A stretch of DNA of 64,000 nucleotides from Octopus bimaculoides (taxonomy: Eukaryota), in contig NC_068988.1 of NCBI RefSeq assembly GCF_001194135.2, forward strand, positions 55,334,430 to 55,398,429. Direction: 5' to 3'. Under the pieces are notes generated by a model. That model was not told where the DNA came from, made no database searches, and saw nothing but the letters and a program-made list of their open reading frames with translations. A program made the position numbers and the translations under genes. Shown piece by piece: positions 1 through 12,378 of the stretch (position 1 is the first letter of the stretch; every line of letters begins with the position of its first letter).

Positions 1-182
1 TTGTTTCAGTCGACTGTGGTCATGCTGATGCACTACCTTGAGATTTTAGTTGAAAAAAACGATCCCAGCGCTTTTTTTTTTAAGTGTGGTATTTATTCTA
101 TTGGTCTTTCTTGCTGAACCACTAAGTTACAGGAACATAAACTAACACCAGTTGTCAAGCAGTGGAAACACGTACGCGTGCG

Positions 183-215
<33 letters not shown>

Positions 216-782
216 TTCAATATATTAGCCTACTGTGGCTTTTAATAACATTTATTTATAGAATTTAATGAAAATGTGTCAGTGGGATGATTAATGGTGC
301 TAGGAGTATAGCAAGGAAGGCAGACATTAAACGATGAAGATGATGTGTGTGTGATATATCTACTTCCGTATTTTAAATTTATAGTCTGTTGTTTTTGTAT
401 AAAGAAATGTGAAAAGATGAAACATTTTTATGTTTCCTAATGGCTTTTTAGAGTCAATACATTAAAGTATCAGTCATATACTGGGGTTCATGAAATTGGT
501 TTAACCATTCCTCTCAAAATTGCTAATCTTACAAGTAATAAGCTATCCAACATAGCCATCCACATAGTCTCAGATTCAGTCCCATTGGGTGGTGCTTTGA
601 GCAAGTTTCTTCTTCTGTAGCCATGAGCCAACCAAAGCCTTGTGAGTGGATTTGATAAATGGAAACTGAAAGAAGCCTGTCGTGTGTGTCCATTACTGTC
701 TCCTTGTCCTGATATCACGTGATGGTTGTAAACGAGCATCGCTGTCTTGCAGTAACTGTCTTTGGGCACTAGACCAACAAAT

Positions 783-965
783 TTGAAGGGAGGGGCAAGT
801 AAATTACATTGACCCCCAGTACTTGTACTTTATTCTATCAACCCCAGAGAGATGAAAGGCAAAATTAATCCCAGCAGAATTTGACCTCAGAATGTAATGA
901 GTTGAAAAGAATACCACAAAGCATTTTGTCCAGTGCATTAATGGTTCTACCAGTTTGCTCCCTTC
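783..965 (-). mobile_element. SINE family B copy, CpG-decayed
   Basis: Reverse complement of the motif ttctgagttcaaatt...tttgcctttcatcc...aagtacca...ggggtcgatgtaat seen in many copies in the window. Confidence 0.75.
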
Positions 966-1059
966 ATAATGTTTTAATAATAATAATTACAATGATTTCT
1001 TTATCTCTGGACTGAGTGATGTTATTGGTGTCTTTTTTTTTTTTTTTTGTTTCCTCTAG

Positions 1060-1138
1060 TAAATTATTCCATGTACGTCCAGTTACTCAAGGAGATGTGT
1101 ATCGAGCTGATTCTAAAGATATTCCAAGAATATTTCAG
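1060..1138 (+). CDS. ROCK: ROCK internal exon, PH domain N-terminal part: (D)KLFHVRPVTQGDVYRADSKDIPRIFQ
   Basis: Poly-T tract plus AG at 1058-1059 and GTAATT donor at 1139. The peptide matches the highly conserved ROCK motif KLFHVRPVTQGDVYRA. Upstream exons (kinase, coiled coil, RBD) lie outside the window. Confidence 0.96.
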
Positions 1139-1380
1139 GTAATTATTTATCATCACATTTTCTAAAAGCTCCATTATAACCTGTTATCAAACACTCTTGA
1201 CCCTGTGCAACACCAAACCATGCTGAACTTCACTACGACACATCATACGATAGCGCACCACTTTATGCTGTAAACACAACATCATGCTATATCACAACAC
1301 CCTCATGCCATGCGATGCCATGCCACATAACACCCAGCTATTTTGTAACAAAACCATATCACGCTACATCAAGCTATAAA

Positions 1381-1705
1381 GCTGGCACTCTGTTGGTTAT
1401 GATGGTGAGTGTTCCAGTTGATCTGATCAGCTGAACAGCCTGCTCATGAAATTAATGAGCAAGTGGCTGAGCACTCCACAGACACATGTACCCTTCATGT
1501 AGTTCTCAGGGAGATCCAGTGTGACACAATGTTACAAGGCTGGGCATTTTGAACTACAGGTACAACTCACTTTTTCCACCTGAGTGGACTGGAGCAACTT
1601 GAAATAAAGCGTCTTGATCAAGGACACAATGTGTCATCAGGAATCAAACTCATGACCTTACAATCATGAGCCAAATACCCTTAACCATTTAGTCACATGC
1701 TTTCA
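1381..1705 (-). mobile_element. tRNA-head SINE family C copy
   Basis: Homologous to 13062-13382 and 15057-15437 (gcaagtggctgagcactccacagac core). tRNA-like A/B-box head at the high-coordinate end. Confidence 0.8.
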
Positions 1706-1859
1706 CACCTCATGCTATACCACAAACACCCCATGCTATACCACAAACATCCCATGCTATACTACAAACACGTCATGCTATACCAAAAACCCCTCATGCT
1801 ATACCACAAACACCTCATGCTATACCACAAACACCTCATGCTATACAACAAACACCTCA
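1706..1859. repeat. 21-bp minisatellite (CACCTCATGCTATACCACAAA) x about 7
   Basis: Directly visible tandem units. Degenerate relatives lie at about 1205-1375 on the other side of the SINE. Confidence 0.85.
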
Positions 1860-4800
1860 CTTGAAGTTTCTGCAAATTCTAACTCAGATGATTTGCTATA
1901 ACAGTTTCATATATATATATAACATCACAAAAACTGAGCTACAGAGACTAAATTTCTTGAGGACATAATCCCTTGCTACAAAACACCATTCAGCTCATTA
2001 ATTTCCCATTTATAAACACTAATTTAAGAACCTCTATATGACTGTTCAGTCTGCTAGAAATAGTGGCAAAATCTTCCTTAAATCACACTCTGCAGTCTTA
2101 AAGACAACACATTGGGCAATATAATCCTGGATATTCTTAAGTTAAGGATGGTCATGATTGGAATGCTTTTATTCAGAGATCTGCTTAATTTTGGGTTTAC
2201 TTATCTTTTGAACCTGCAGCAATAGCACTCAGATTTGCTCTTTATTTTTGCTCCTGTAATGATTTTTTTCTTCTTCAAATGCTGTGATATTTTGTGCTAT
2301 TTTGCTCCAAACTCAATAAACACACACATCACTTTGTCAAACACTTCAGTCTTCTTCAGAACTGCTCCCTTACAAATGTCTCCTTCTCCACAATCTTCTG
2401 ACAGACATCAATCAGGCTGAACATCAGCTGTTTCACCTCATCCATTTGGGATGGCTTGCAGAGGGAATGGGTGTTACCTAACTTCATTCAACTAAAAATA
2501 TTTATAAGAAAAAAAAAAGAAACAACCTTCCCCTAGCTGTTATATCATAACACATTGCATCATACTTAACATACAGTACATTATATCCTGTAGCTTGTAT
2601 AACTATATCATTGTTGCACCTAATTTTACATGTTTGTTTTTATCTCATATTACATATTGACCTTCTACAGTTGGTAGCTTGTGGAATATAGCAGTAAGCC
2701 TGTAGCATATTATTTTACAACAATGGGAAGCCTGCAGTCTAACTCCCTCTTTTCTCTTGCAGACAGTCTCTGGTCTAACTCTCTCTTTCCGCTTGCAATC
2801 AGTCTCCAGTCTAGCTTCCTTCATAGACAGCCTATTGTCTGCCTTTATAGCAAGCAAGCAAGCTGTGGACCAACTCCTTCTTTAGCAGACGACTTGCACG
2901 ATAAAACAAAAAAGAAAATTACTGTATTTATATTTTATTTTATTAATTTCTTAGAAGAAATTCTGTGGTGAAGTATTTAGCACAATGTCTCATGTTTTTT
3001 CTTTGAGATGACACAAATAGTCTCTCTTTCTTTTTTTAACTCTGTCATTTGCCCATCTCATGCTCTAGTTCTCTCTCAACACATACACACACACACACAC
3101 ACACACTCTCTCTCTCTCTCTCCCGTTTTTGTACTGCATATACATACAGATTCCATGCACACCACAAACACGTNNNNNNNNNNNNNNNNNCTGTCCTAAG
3201 TCATCAACTCCTGACTTGTATTTTTCCTGTTATTCTTGTGGAGGTTAGTTAATTGTATAGTATGTCCTGTTGAGTTCCACTGCTTCTTTTGGTTTCTATT
3301 GTGGTTGGTGTTATTACTAAAGAAATCTATCATCAATTGTTGAACAGCTAATGTTTACCAGTCACAATGGCATATGGGATATTTTGTTTCTGATTTCTCT
3401 TGACTCCATTATTTTTAATTCTCCTGTGCCTGTGAGCTGTTTTGGGACAGATCTATATTTACTATAAAATAACATTTGCTTATGAACTGCATCATCATCG
3501 TCTTCATGTAATGCCTGTTGTCCTTGCTGGCATGGGTTGGATGGTTTGATCAGAGCCAGAAAACTGGGGAGCTGCACCAGGCTCCAGTCTGTTTTTGGCA
3601 TAGCATCTATGCCTGAATGTACTTCCTAACGCCAACCATGTTACAGTGTGCTAGGTGCTTTTACCTGGCATTGCCTGTGCACTTTTATGTGACACTGGCA
3701 CAGGGCTCTTGCAGACCAATCCTTTACACCAGAGGCACCAGCCTTAACATATGTATCTCTGTTTCTATATATATGCTTACTTAAGCTCTTTTCTCTCTAT
3801 GGTGCACAGGCCTTCAATGACTTTACTCCATTGCTTTCAACACTGGGCTGTCTTTCCTATTTCTCTCTAGTTGGCTCCCTGATTTTTCAGATCTGCCCCA
3901 CTATCCCACCACATCCTACCAGATTTTAAAAATCTAGGGTGTGAATTGAAGAGAGAAATGTCTGCTATTTCTAGCAGGCTGAATGACCACATAGAGGCTC
4001 TGTCATTTTCAGTGGTAGACTTAACCTGTTGCCTTGTATAAAACCATCCCTGGCATCTTGGCATCTTGGGTGTCTTTAGTGAAGTCTAATCTGTTGTAAG
4101 CATTCAGGTGGGTCAAGTTTCTTCCCTCTTTTCACTCACAGCAGTTTGAGGGGTTAGGGGCACTGCTTTCTCACCTGAACAAAAGATGAAGAAAAAAAAA
4201 AGATTTATCAAGTTTTATATATATGTTGATACTTTGTATTACAGTGACTTGTATATATGTTTTCTTTTTTTTCTAAGACTCATTCTCTGTTCACTTCCTG
4301 TGCGTTATTCTATGCACTATTCATGCAATTTTGGCTACTTTTTCTGATGAGTTGTAGTGCACCTGAGCACTGTATACAATAAGTTCATCATCATCACTGT
4401 TATTGTTATTATTATTATCATCATTATTATATGTTTGGCTTGTGCAAGTTGACTCCAAGTCTCACCCAAAAATCTCAAGAGACAACAAGTTAGAAGTTGA
4501 AGTTGGTGTTATGATTAGGGTGCCATACATTTGGTTTTGCTCAGAGTATTGTTCTACAGAATGTCTGTCAAAACATAACTTCTTAGAAGTTTGTTTTAAA
4601 AGTAATTTGATTATAAGACGATAGTCTGACATTAAGATGACACTAAAAGATGTTGTTGTTGCTGTTATTATTATTTTATCCTTTCGGGGTCAATAAATTA
4701 AGTACCAGTTGAGTGCTGGGGTCGATGTGATTGACTGTCCTCTCCCCACAAAATCCAGGCCTTGTACCTATAGTAGAAAAGATTATTATTATTATTGTGA

Positions 4801-5209
4801 GATCTCAAGAAGAGATCAGAGTAGTAACTATAATAACAAGTAGAGTTAATCATCATATAAAGTGGTTGTTCCTTGTTACTACTAGTTTAACCCTAGGCAG
4901 ATCTTCCACCAGCTGGTTATCAGTGCAATGCTGCACCCTTTATATACAATATATATTGCTAGCAGGGGAAGCACACCCCTACCATCCTCTAGCAGACAAC
5001 AGGATTGTGAGACTGACTCAATTCTGGGCTGATTGGCTCATCTTCAGTTGCGAGTATCTGGTTGCGAATATCAGTGATAACCAGGGTCTGTTCCAGCCAG
5101 CAATATATTGTAAACAAAGCGACTATCAGCCACTGATTTGCAACAAACAAAATAGCTAGCTGTAAAATCTCAAGAAGAGATCAGAGTAGTAACTATACTA
5201 ACAACTATA

Positions 5210-6115
5210 GGCGCAGGAGTGGTTGTGTGGTAAGTAGCTTGCTTACCAACCACATGGTTCTGGGTTCAGTCCTACTGCGTGGCACCTTGGGCAAGTGTCT
5301 TGTACTATAGCCTCGGGCCGACAAAAGCCTTGTGAGTGGATTTGGTAGATGGAAATTGAAAGAAGCCCGTCGTATATATGTATATATGTATATATATATC
5401 TATATATATATATATATATATGTATATNNNNNNNNNNNNNNNNNNNNNNNNNNNNNNNNNNNNNNNNNNNNNNNNNNNNNNNNNNNNNNNNNNNNNNNNN
5501 NNNNNNNNNNNNNNNNNNNNNNNNNNNNNNNNNNNNNNNNNNNNNNNNNNNNNNNNNNNNNNNNNNNNNNNNNNNNNNNNNNNNNNNNNNNNNNNNNNNN
5601 NNNNNNNNNNNNNNNNNNNNNNNNNNNNNNNNNNNNNNNNNNNNNNNNNNNNNNNNNNNNNNNNNNNNNNNNNNNNNNNNNNNNNNNNNNNNNNNNNNNN
5701 NNNNNNNNNNNNNNNNNNNNNNNNNNNNNNNNNNNNNNNNNNNNNNNNNNNNNNNNNNNNNNNNNNNNNNNNNNNNNNNNNNNNNNNNNNNNNNNNNNNN
5801 NNNNNNNNNNNNNNNNNNNNNNNNNNNNNNNNNNNNNNNNNNNNNNNNNNNNNNNNNNNNNNNNNNNNNNNNNNNNNNNNNNNNNNNNNNNNNNNNNNNN
5901 NNNNNNNNNNNNNNNNNNNNNNNNNNNNNNNNNNNNNNNNCGCTTGACAACTGATGTTGGTGTGTTTACGTCCCCCTAACTTAGCGGTTCGGCCAAAGAG
6001 GCCGATAGAATAAGTACTAGGCTTCCAAAGAATAAGTCCTGGGGTCGATTTGCTCGACTAAAGGCGGTGATCCAGCATGGCCGCAGTCAAATGACTGAAA
6101 CAATTAAAAGAGTAA
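5210..6115 (+). mobile_element. tRNA-head SINE family A with internal (TA)n microsatellite and assembly gap
   Basis: Head ggcgcaggagtggttgtgtggtaag...ggttcagtcc, body ccttgggcaagtgtc...gaaagaagcccgtcg, then (TA)n, N gap, and 3' module cgcttgacaac...gactgaaacaattaaaag. Confidence 0.8.
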
Positions 6116-7083
6116 GTATTATTATAGTAAATTGAACTGATTGCTTGGTTTAATATCATTTTCTGGCCTTTGGATGTCTTTATCTAGATCCAAATTGTTG
6201 CAAGCATTTGAACTAGTTTTCCCATTTGAATATAGTGCAATGTCTTAAAGTGTTGTTTTCTACTGCAGAAGCTCCATGAGCCATGTTTTTTTCTTTTTTC
6301 TTTTATCCATTTCCTAACCATCTTAGAGAGGTTCTACAAAAGTCTGGATGTTGCCTTTCCTCCACTGACTAAGTAAAGAAGAAAAAATTGTTTTAACACT
6401 GTGTAATAATGTGATATGGAATATTTACCTCATGCCAGCATATGTGATGTTTGTTTAACAGCTAATGATACTGGCCAAAGGAATTGGAATATAATGCATC
6501 ATATCAGTGATTTTAATGTTCTGCATGAGTGAATTTGAGTGTCCCTGGTAACTCCAACCCCACCCCTCCACCTACATCCTCACTACTGCTCAATGTGAGT
6601 TGTCATGTGATGTATGAGATAACTCAGAGATTCCTGAGAAAGCTTTTGAGAAAAGCATTTAGGTTGTTTTTCATGCGAGTGCATGCTCACACTCATGCAC
6701 ACACACACACACGCTCTCTCTCTCTCNNNNNNNNNNNNNNNNNNNNNNNNNNNNNNNNNNNNNNNNNNNNNNNNNNNNNNNNNNNNNNNNNNNNNNNNNN
6801 NNNNNNNNNNNNNNNNNNNNNNNNNNNNNNNNNNNNNNNNNNNNNNNNNNNNNNNNNNNNNNNNNNNNNATGCTAAATCTTCATATGGCAGAACTGAAAT
6901 ATATTGAGTAAACTAATAAAAAAAAACTAATAAAAATGCTTTGGTAAGACCAAAATGATTCCAGTTTCCTATTGACCAATTGATTTTTTCCAATAAATGT
7001 TTATTGACCAGTTAATTGTGTTTCGTGACTAGTTGTTATTTTGTTAATGTTTACTAATCAGTTAATTTTTTTTTTTATTCCAG

Positions 7084-7143
7084 ATTCTCTATGCAACAGA
7101 AGGAGAAAACATAAAACCAGGCGAGACTGCACAAGAAAGTCAG
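7084..7143 (+). CDS. ROCK: ROCK internal exon: ILYATEGENIKPGETAQESQ
   Basis: T-rich tract plus CAG at 7081-7083 and GTCAGT donor at 7144. Phase 0 join gives the ROCK motif IFQ-ILYA(N/T)EGE. Confidence 0.95.
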
Positions 7144-7802
7144 GTCAGTGGCTGTTCGTTTGTTTGTTTGTTTTTTTTTTTTGTTTAACCCCAGGACAGA
7201 GCTGATCAAGTAGACTTGTGATCAACGATGTTTCAGGAACGACCTTCCTGTTTTTTTCAGGAATATCTAGGGCTGTGCTCTTATTTTTTTTTTGATTATT
7301 AAGATACAGTTAAATGGAGATTTGACTGCTATTTCTTGCAGCTCACACGACCACATAGAGACTTTTTTGTTGGTTTGAGTTATATTAGATTTTGGTGACT
7401 AAGAAATGTTTTGTGAAGAAATACTGTCCCCAGGCTGAGTTTGGTCTGTGTGAGAAGTGCACCAGATGTTTTGCATGTATGCATCAGAAATGACATGTTT
7501 TCTCATGTTGAAACTACATAACGTGTCTAGATAACTACAAATTTACTGTATCTTATAACCATCCTACTCTTAAATAGTTGCTGTCAGACACTCATCTTAA
7601 TGTAACATCATGATACCAGCATTCATGATGTCTGCATTGTGACTTTCGACTATCCTTATATCTTATAGTCTGTGTAACAGCTGTTTCCATTTGCATGGCC
7701 CATCCTGTACTCCACATTTGATGGCATATTGGCTGCGCTGTCATTTCAACATTGCATATTCAGGGAAAATGTTTTCAGTGCATTAAAGCTTGCAATATTT
7801 GA

Positions 7803-8022
7803 CTCTTTAGCATTCAGATTATTCTGTCAAATGCAATGCTTATTCATTTGCATTGTTCTCAATAAATCATGCATTATCTCATAGCTCTGAGGTTTTGACA
7901 ATGTGATTGCTTATTCTTAGAACAGCATTGTACGACAGGTGTGAGAATCCAGATTTAGCTGGTTTGAACATAAAATAAGTAGAATATTTTGGCAAGATAT
8001 GGCCAGTTTAAACGTTAAAGGG
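7803..8022. mobile_element. piggyBac-type MITE (TTAA/CCC termini)
   Basis: ctttagcattc left end and aaagggTTAA right end. Homologous copy at 21866-22041. Confidence 0.55.
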
Positions 8023-8519
8023 TTAAAATAGCAGTATATTACAAAACATTACAAAAGTCCCCTAACTATATCAGAAAGAATTACAGCTTATAAAAAGTTA
8101 GCAGTACAGCTGGACATATAGAGTCAGGCTAATTAGAAGAGACAGTCTGGCTTAAAATAAGCCTCTAGTAGTGAGTGTCAGGGACAAAATTAGAGAAGAT
8201 TTAACTTTGCATATAAGACCTGATGTGTTTCTTTTTTGTCTTATTTAAAATTTTTTTTTTTTTTTTTTTTGAAAAAGCAGTTTCTTATATGCTATCAAAT
8301 ATGATAGCAGTCTTTGTACTTAATGTTGTACGACTGCTATGCAATTGCCAGCCCTTTCATCTATGACCCATATAATGTTAGAGTTGTAATTGTACATAGC
8401 ATACAATAACTTATGTTTTGCAATATTCTCTAGTTTCACATAACATGCATTAAGCAGCTGATCTGTCTCATGGCCTGTGTTGTACAACTTATGCATCTTA
8501 CATGTTAAATACTCTAAAA

Positions 8520-8766
8520 CAGTGGTCCGCAACTGGGGTCCATATGGCCCTTCGGACCATATAAGAGTTTGTTAAAATTTATCTCCAATAAATTACTTAT
8601 GCATCTACAATACACAAAATATTTTAAGAATTATTTTTGTACAATTCCTAATAATATTTAATTAATATTAGGATTTTTTTAAATCATTGAATGGCTAGGA
8701 GGGTCCACTCGACCAAAATAAAAAGCAAAGGGGATCTTAGATAAAAAAAATGGTTGAGAAACACTG
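8520..8766. mobile_element. hAT-type MITE
   Basis: TIRs cagtggtccgcaac / gttgagaaacactg with degenerate 8-bp flanks ctctaaaa / cttttaaa (6/8). Related to 55545-55850. Confidence 0.65.
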
Positions 8767-9225
8767 CTTTTAAACCATGTGGTTGCAAAACGAGCTTCTT
8801 AACAATATGACCATGATTCTTTATGTTGGCCCAAATTTATAGGGAAAGCATATTGCTGATTGAATCTACCTGTGTACATAACTGATGCTTATTAAAACAA
8901 AATCTGGAGGTACAAAGAGCAATGTGTACATTAGCAGAGTTTGAACTCAGATCATTAGCAGAAATAAATACTGGAAGATAATTATTTCATCACTGTATGA
9001 TTTCTACTAATCCACTCATTATTTATAATTGTTCTTTATATAATTCTGTTGTGTCTGGGGAGAGTCATTTTCTTATTGTGCCTTAAAATTTAACACACTC
9101 ACCGGTAAAATTTCCACTTATTTCTTATTTTTATTTTCCTAAAATTTTCGCTGCATCTTGCAACCTTTTCAATAGTCTTGACTCTTTATATAATTAATTT
9201 TTATTAATTTTTTTTCCATTTGCAG

Positions 9226-9355
9226 GATCGAACGGGTTTCTCATACAAAGGACATGACCTAATTCCAATTCATTACCGTATCCCTGCGACCTGTGATTCT
9301 TGTAACAAGCCTGTCTGGCACGTGATACACCCTCCCGCAGCTTTAGAATGCAAGC
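9226..9355 (+). CDS. ROCK: ROCK internal exon, C1 zinc finger first part: DRTGFSYKGHDLIPIHYRIPATCDSCNKPVWHVIHPPAALECK(R)
   Basis: TTTGCAG acceptor and GTAAGT donor at 9356. Carries the C1 ligands H, CxxC and the first C of the second CxxC. Overlaps track ORF 9220..9462. Confidence 0.97.
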
Positions 9356-9519
9356 GTAAGTACACTTTGTCAAGCTACCACTGTCTCTTCATAATCTACC
9401 ATTTAAGCCATATAAGTTTGCTTTCTCAGCATGTTTTCAGCAATTGTTTGCTAATCCATTAATGAAGTAGTCGGATTAGGTTCAGCTGGAGAACTTCCCC
9501 AGACAACCTCCATCAACAT

Positions 9520-10125
9520 TGGTTTGAAATCTTCGGTACAAAGCCAGCAATATCAGAGGATGCCAGTACTGAACTACTATTTATTTTATTAACCCTGAAA
9601 GGATGAAAGGCAAAGTCAACCCCAGTGAAATTTGAACTCAGAACATAAAGACTGACAAAATTCCGCTGAACATTTTGCCTGGCGTGCTAACGATTCTACT
9701 AGCTCACCACCCTACCACCTTTAATAACGGTTTCAAATTTTTGGTACAAAGCCAGCGATATCAGGGGACCTCACTCCTGAACTGCTATTTATTTTATTGA
9801 CCTCGAAAGGATGAAAGGCAAGGAGGAATTTGAACTCAGAATGTAAAGACAGACAAAGTGCCACTAAACATATTTACCTGGCATGCTCGTCACCCTACTG
9901 TCTCATTTGATATCGGTTTCAAATTTTGGCACAAGGCCAGCAAGTTTGGGGCGGAAGCTAGTTGATTATATTGACCCCTAACTGGAATGTATGTTATTGA
10001 CTTGGAAAGGATGAAAGGCAAAGTCGACCTGACTAGCATTTGAACCCACAATGGTAAGGACTGGCGAAATGGCACCAAGCATTTTGCCTGGCATACTAAT
10101 GATCCTGCTAATTCAATACCTTGCA
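9520..10125 (-). mobile_element. Three head-to-tail SINE family B copies
   Basis: The motif gaaaggatgaaaggcaa...atttgaactcagaa recurs at about 9600, 9810 and 10010 in the same orientation. Confidence 0.8.
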
Positions 10126-10224
10126 ACCTTTATTAGTATTGAGTAATAATAGATATGGACTAATTGTCAGTTGAGAAGATTAACATCAATCACTCCCCAA
10201 AATCTTCAGAGTCTGGCAATGATT

Positions 10225-10588
10225 TCTTTTATCTTCTACTTGTTTCAATTATTGCACTGAGCCCATGTTGGGGTACTGCCTTGAACGGTTTAGTCGAACA
10301 GATTGACACCAGTTTTTATTTTAAGGCTGGTGCTCATTCTATCGATCTCTTTTGTTGAACTTCTTATTTACATTGATGTAAACAAAGCAACACTAGTTGT
10401 CAGGCAGTGGGGGAGGGAAAAAAAAAAAAAAAAAAAGACATACACACACAGTTTTCATCTATCAAATTCGCTCCCAATTCATTTGTCAGCCTGGGGCTAT
10501 AGTAAAAGACACCCAAGGTACTCTGCAGTGGCGCTGAACCCAAAACCACATGGTGGCAAAAACAAGCTTCTTAACCACATAGCTATGC
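10225..10588 (-). mobile_element. SINE family A copy, decayed
   Basis: Reverse complement of both the 5' and 3' modules of family A around a short A/CA tract. Confidence 0.7.
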
Positions 10589-10819
10589 TAGAAATAGAAA
10601 CAAGCAAAAAAAAAAAAAAGAACAAAAATACCAAACAAATTCTATGTTTAGACAATAAGGTCTAACTATTTTTAAAGGGAAGTCTGTCAGAGTATCAACT
10701 GATGTTGTTACCCAGAATATGTATTTGTGGTAAGGATAAGTATGTTTTTTTTTTCTCTCTCTCTCTCTCTCTCTCTCTCCCCCCTCTGTTTTTTGTGCTG
10801 TTTCCTTCCTCCGTCTCTC

Positions 10820-11208
10820 TTTCCTTCTTTCCTAAAGAATTACAATAAAGATGGTAATGATGTGTGCATTTACATATTTAACTTTAAGATGGGCTAAAAA
10901 TGTTAATGAGGTAGTAAAAATGGACTTTAGAGGTTAATGACTGATAGTATGAAAATAGGTGTAATGGAGAGATTGTATCATGTCTCCCTCCTCCCCAAAA
11001 TGTGGAAACTTTCTTTCTTCCTTCTAAAGAATTAGAATAAAGATGCCAATGATGGATATTTACATATCTAGCTTTAGGATAGGTTAAAAATGTTAATGAG
11101 GTAGTAAAAATTGATTTTAGAGGTTAAGAACCACTGATAGTATGAAAACAGGTGTAATGAAGAGATTATATCATGTCTCTACTCCCATACCCAACAAAAT
11201 ATGGAAAG
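10820..11208. repeat. Diverged tandem duplication of about 190 bp
   Basis: 10820-11010 and 11010-11208 share long blocks such as aaaaatgttaatgaggtagtaaaaat and ctgatagtatgaaaa.aggtgtaatg, with many substitutions. Confidence 0.8.
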
Positions 11209-11259
11209 AAATTATTAAAGCGCTGTTAAGTAAATGTGATTAAATGTTATCTTTTCCAG

Positions 11260-11325
11260 GATGTCATGTAAAAGTACATCGAGAACATTACGAAAAGGAA
11301 GAAGAATTTATAGGATATTGTAAAG
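11260..11325 (+). CDS. ROCK: ROCK internal exon, C1 finger second part: (R)CHVKVHREHYEKEEEFIGYCK(V)
   Basis: TTTTCCAG acceptor and GTAATG donor at 11326. Phase 1 matches the previous exon. CHVKxHRxH...C completes the ROCK-type C1 finger. Confidence 0.96.
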
Positions 11326-11448
11326 GTAATGTATATTTATTAAACATATTCTGTGGTCTCTTCTGGCAGTTCAGGTTTCTGTCTTGATCTCTTGCCATAT
11401 TTTGCAAGTACACTGTCACATATACAAGTATGCAAATATATATTCATA

Positions 11449-11524
<76 letters not shown>

Positions 11525-11534
11525 CTTATACCAT

Positions 11535-11699
11535 CATCATCATCATCATCATCGTTTAACGTCCGCTTTCCATGCTAGCATGGGTTGGAAGTTTTGACTG
11601 GGGACTGGTGAACCAGATGGCTGCACCAGGCTCCAATCTGATCTGGCAGAGTTTCTACAGCTGGATGTCCTTCCTAACGCCAACCACTCNNNNNNNNNN

Positions 11700-11762
<63 letters not shown>

Positions 11763-11940
11763 CTTATACCATCATCATCATCATCATCATCGTTTAACGT
11801 CCGCTTTCCATGCTAGCATGGGTTGGAAGTTTTGACTGGGGACTGGTGAACCAGATGGCTGCACCAGGCTCCAATCTGATCTGGCAGAGTTTCTACAGCT
11901 GGATGTCCTTCCTAACGCCAACCACTCTGAGAGTGTAGAG
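11535..11940 (-). mobile_element. Family D element 3' end with (GAT)n tail, RTE-like, falsely duplicated across a 10-N gap
   Basis: (CAT)n-cgtttaacgtccgctttccatgctagcatgggttgg, nearly identical to 28072 onward. 11448-11689 is repeated base for base after the gap. Confidence 0.75.
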
Positions 11941-12033
11941 TTATATGTATGCACAAACATATAGTTGTACATGTATGCACAAGAATACACACACTTGTCA
12001 GAACAAGCAGAAATATTCACAATTAGTGTTTGT

Positions 12034-12378
12034 GAAGGCACTTGACTCAGTGGTTAGAGCATCGGGCTCACAAATATGAGGTAGTGAGTTCAATTCCTGG
12101 ATCAGGCTGTGAGTTGTATACTTCAGCAAGACACTTATTTCATGTTGTTCCAGTTCACTCAGCTGTAGAAATGAGTTGTGACATCATTGGTGCCAAGCTA
12201 TATTGGCTTTTGCCTTTCCCTTAGGTAACATCAGTGGCTTGGAGAGGGGAAGCTGGTATGTATGGTCAACTGCTGGTCTTCTATAACCAGCCCTACCTGG
12301 ACTTGTGCCTCAGAGGGTAACTTTCTAGGTGCAATCGCATGGTCATTCATGACCGAAAGGAGTCTTTATCCTCTTTTA
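12034..12378 (+). mobile_element. tRNA-head SINE, family C head with a different body
   Basis: gtgaaggcacttgactcagtggttagagc...gagttcaattcc head and cagcaagacactt...ccagttcactcagctg core. Confidence 0.65.

Noticed and set aside
1706-1859. CRISPR-like array (also considered for 58967-59131 and the SINE-B arrays)
   Set aside because: Units are directly adjacent or are SINE copies, with no unique spacers and no cas genes. The context is eukaryotic.
11448-11925. Apparent perfect tandem duplication of about 240 bp
   Set aside because: Identical sequence on either side of a 10-N gap is a typical false duplication from overlapping contig ends.
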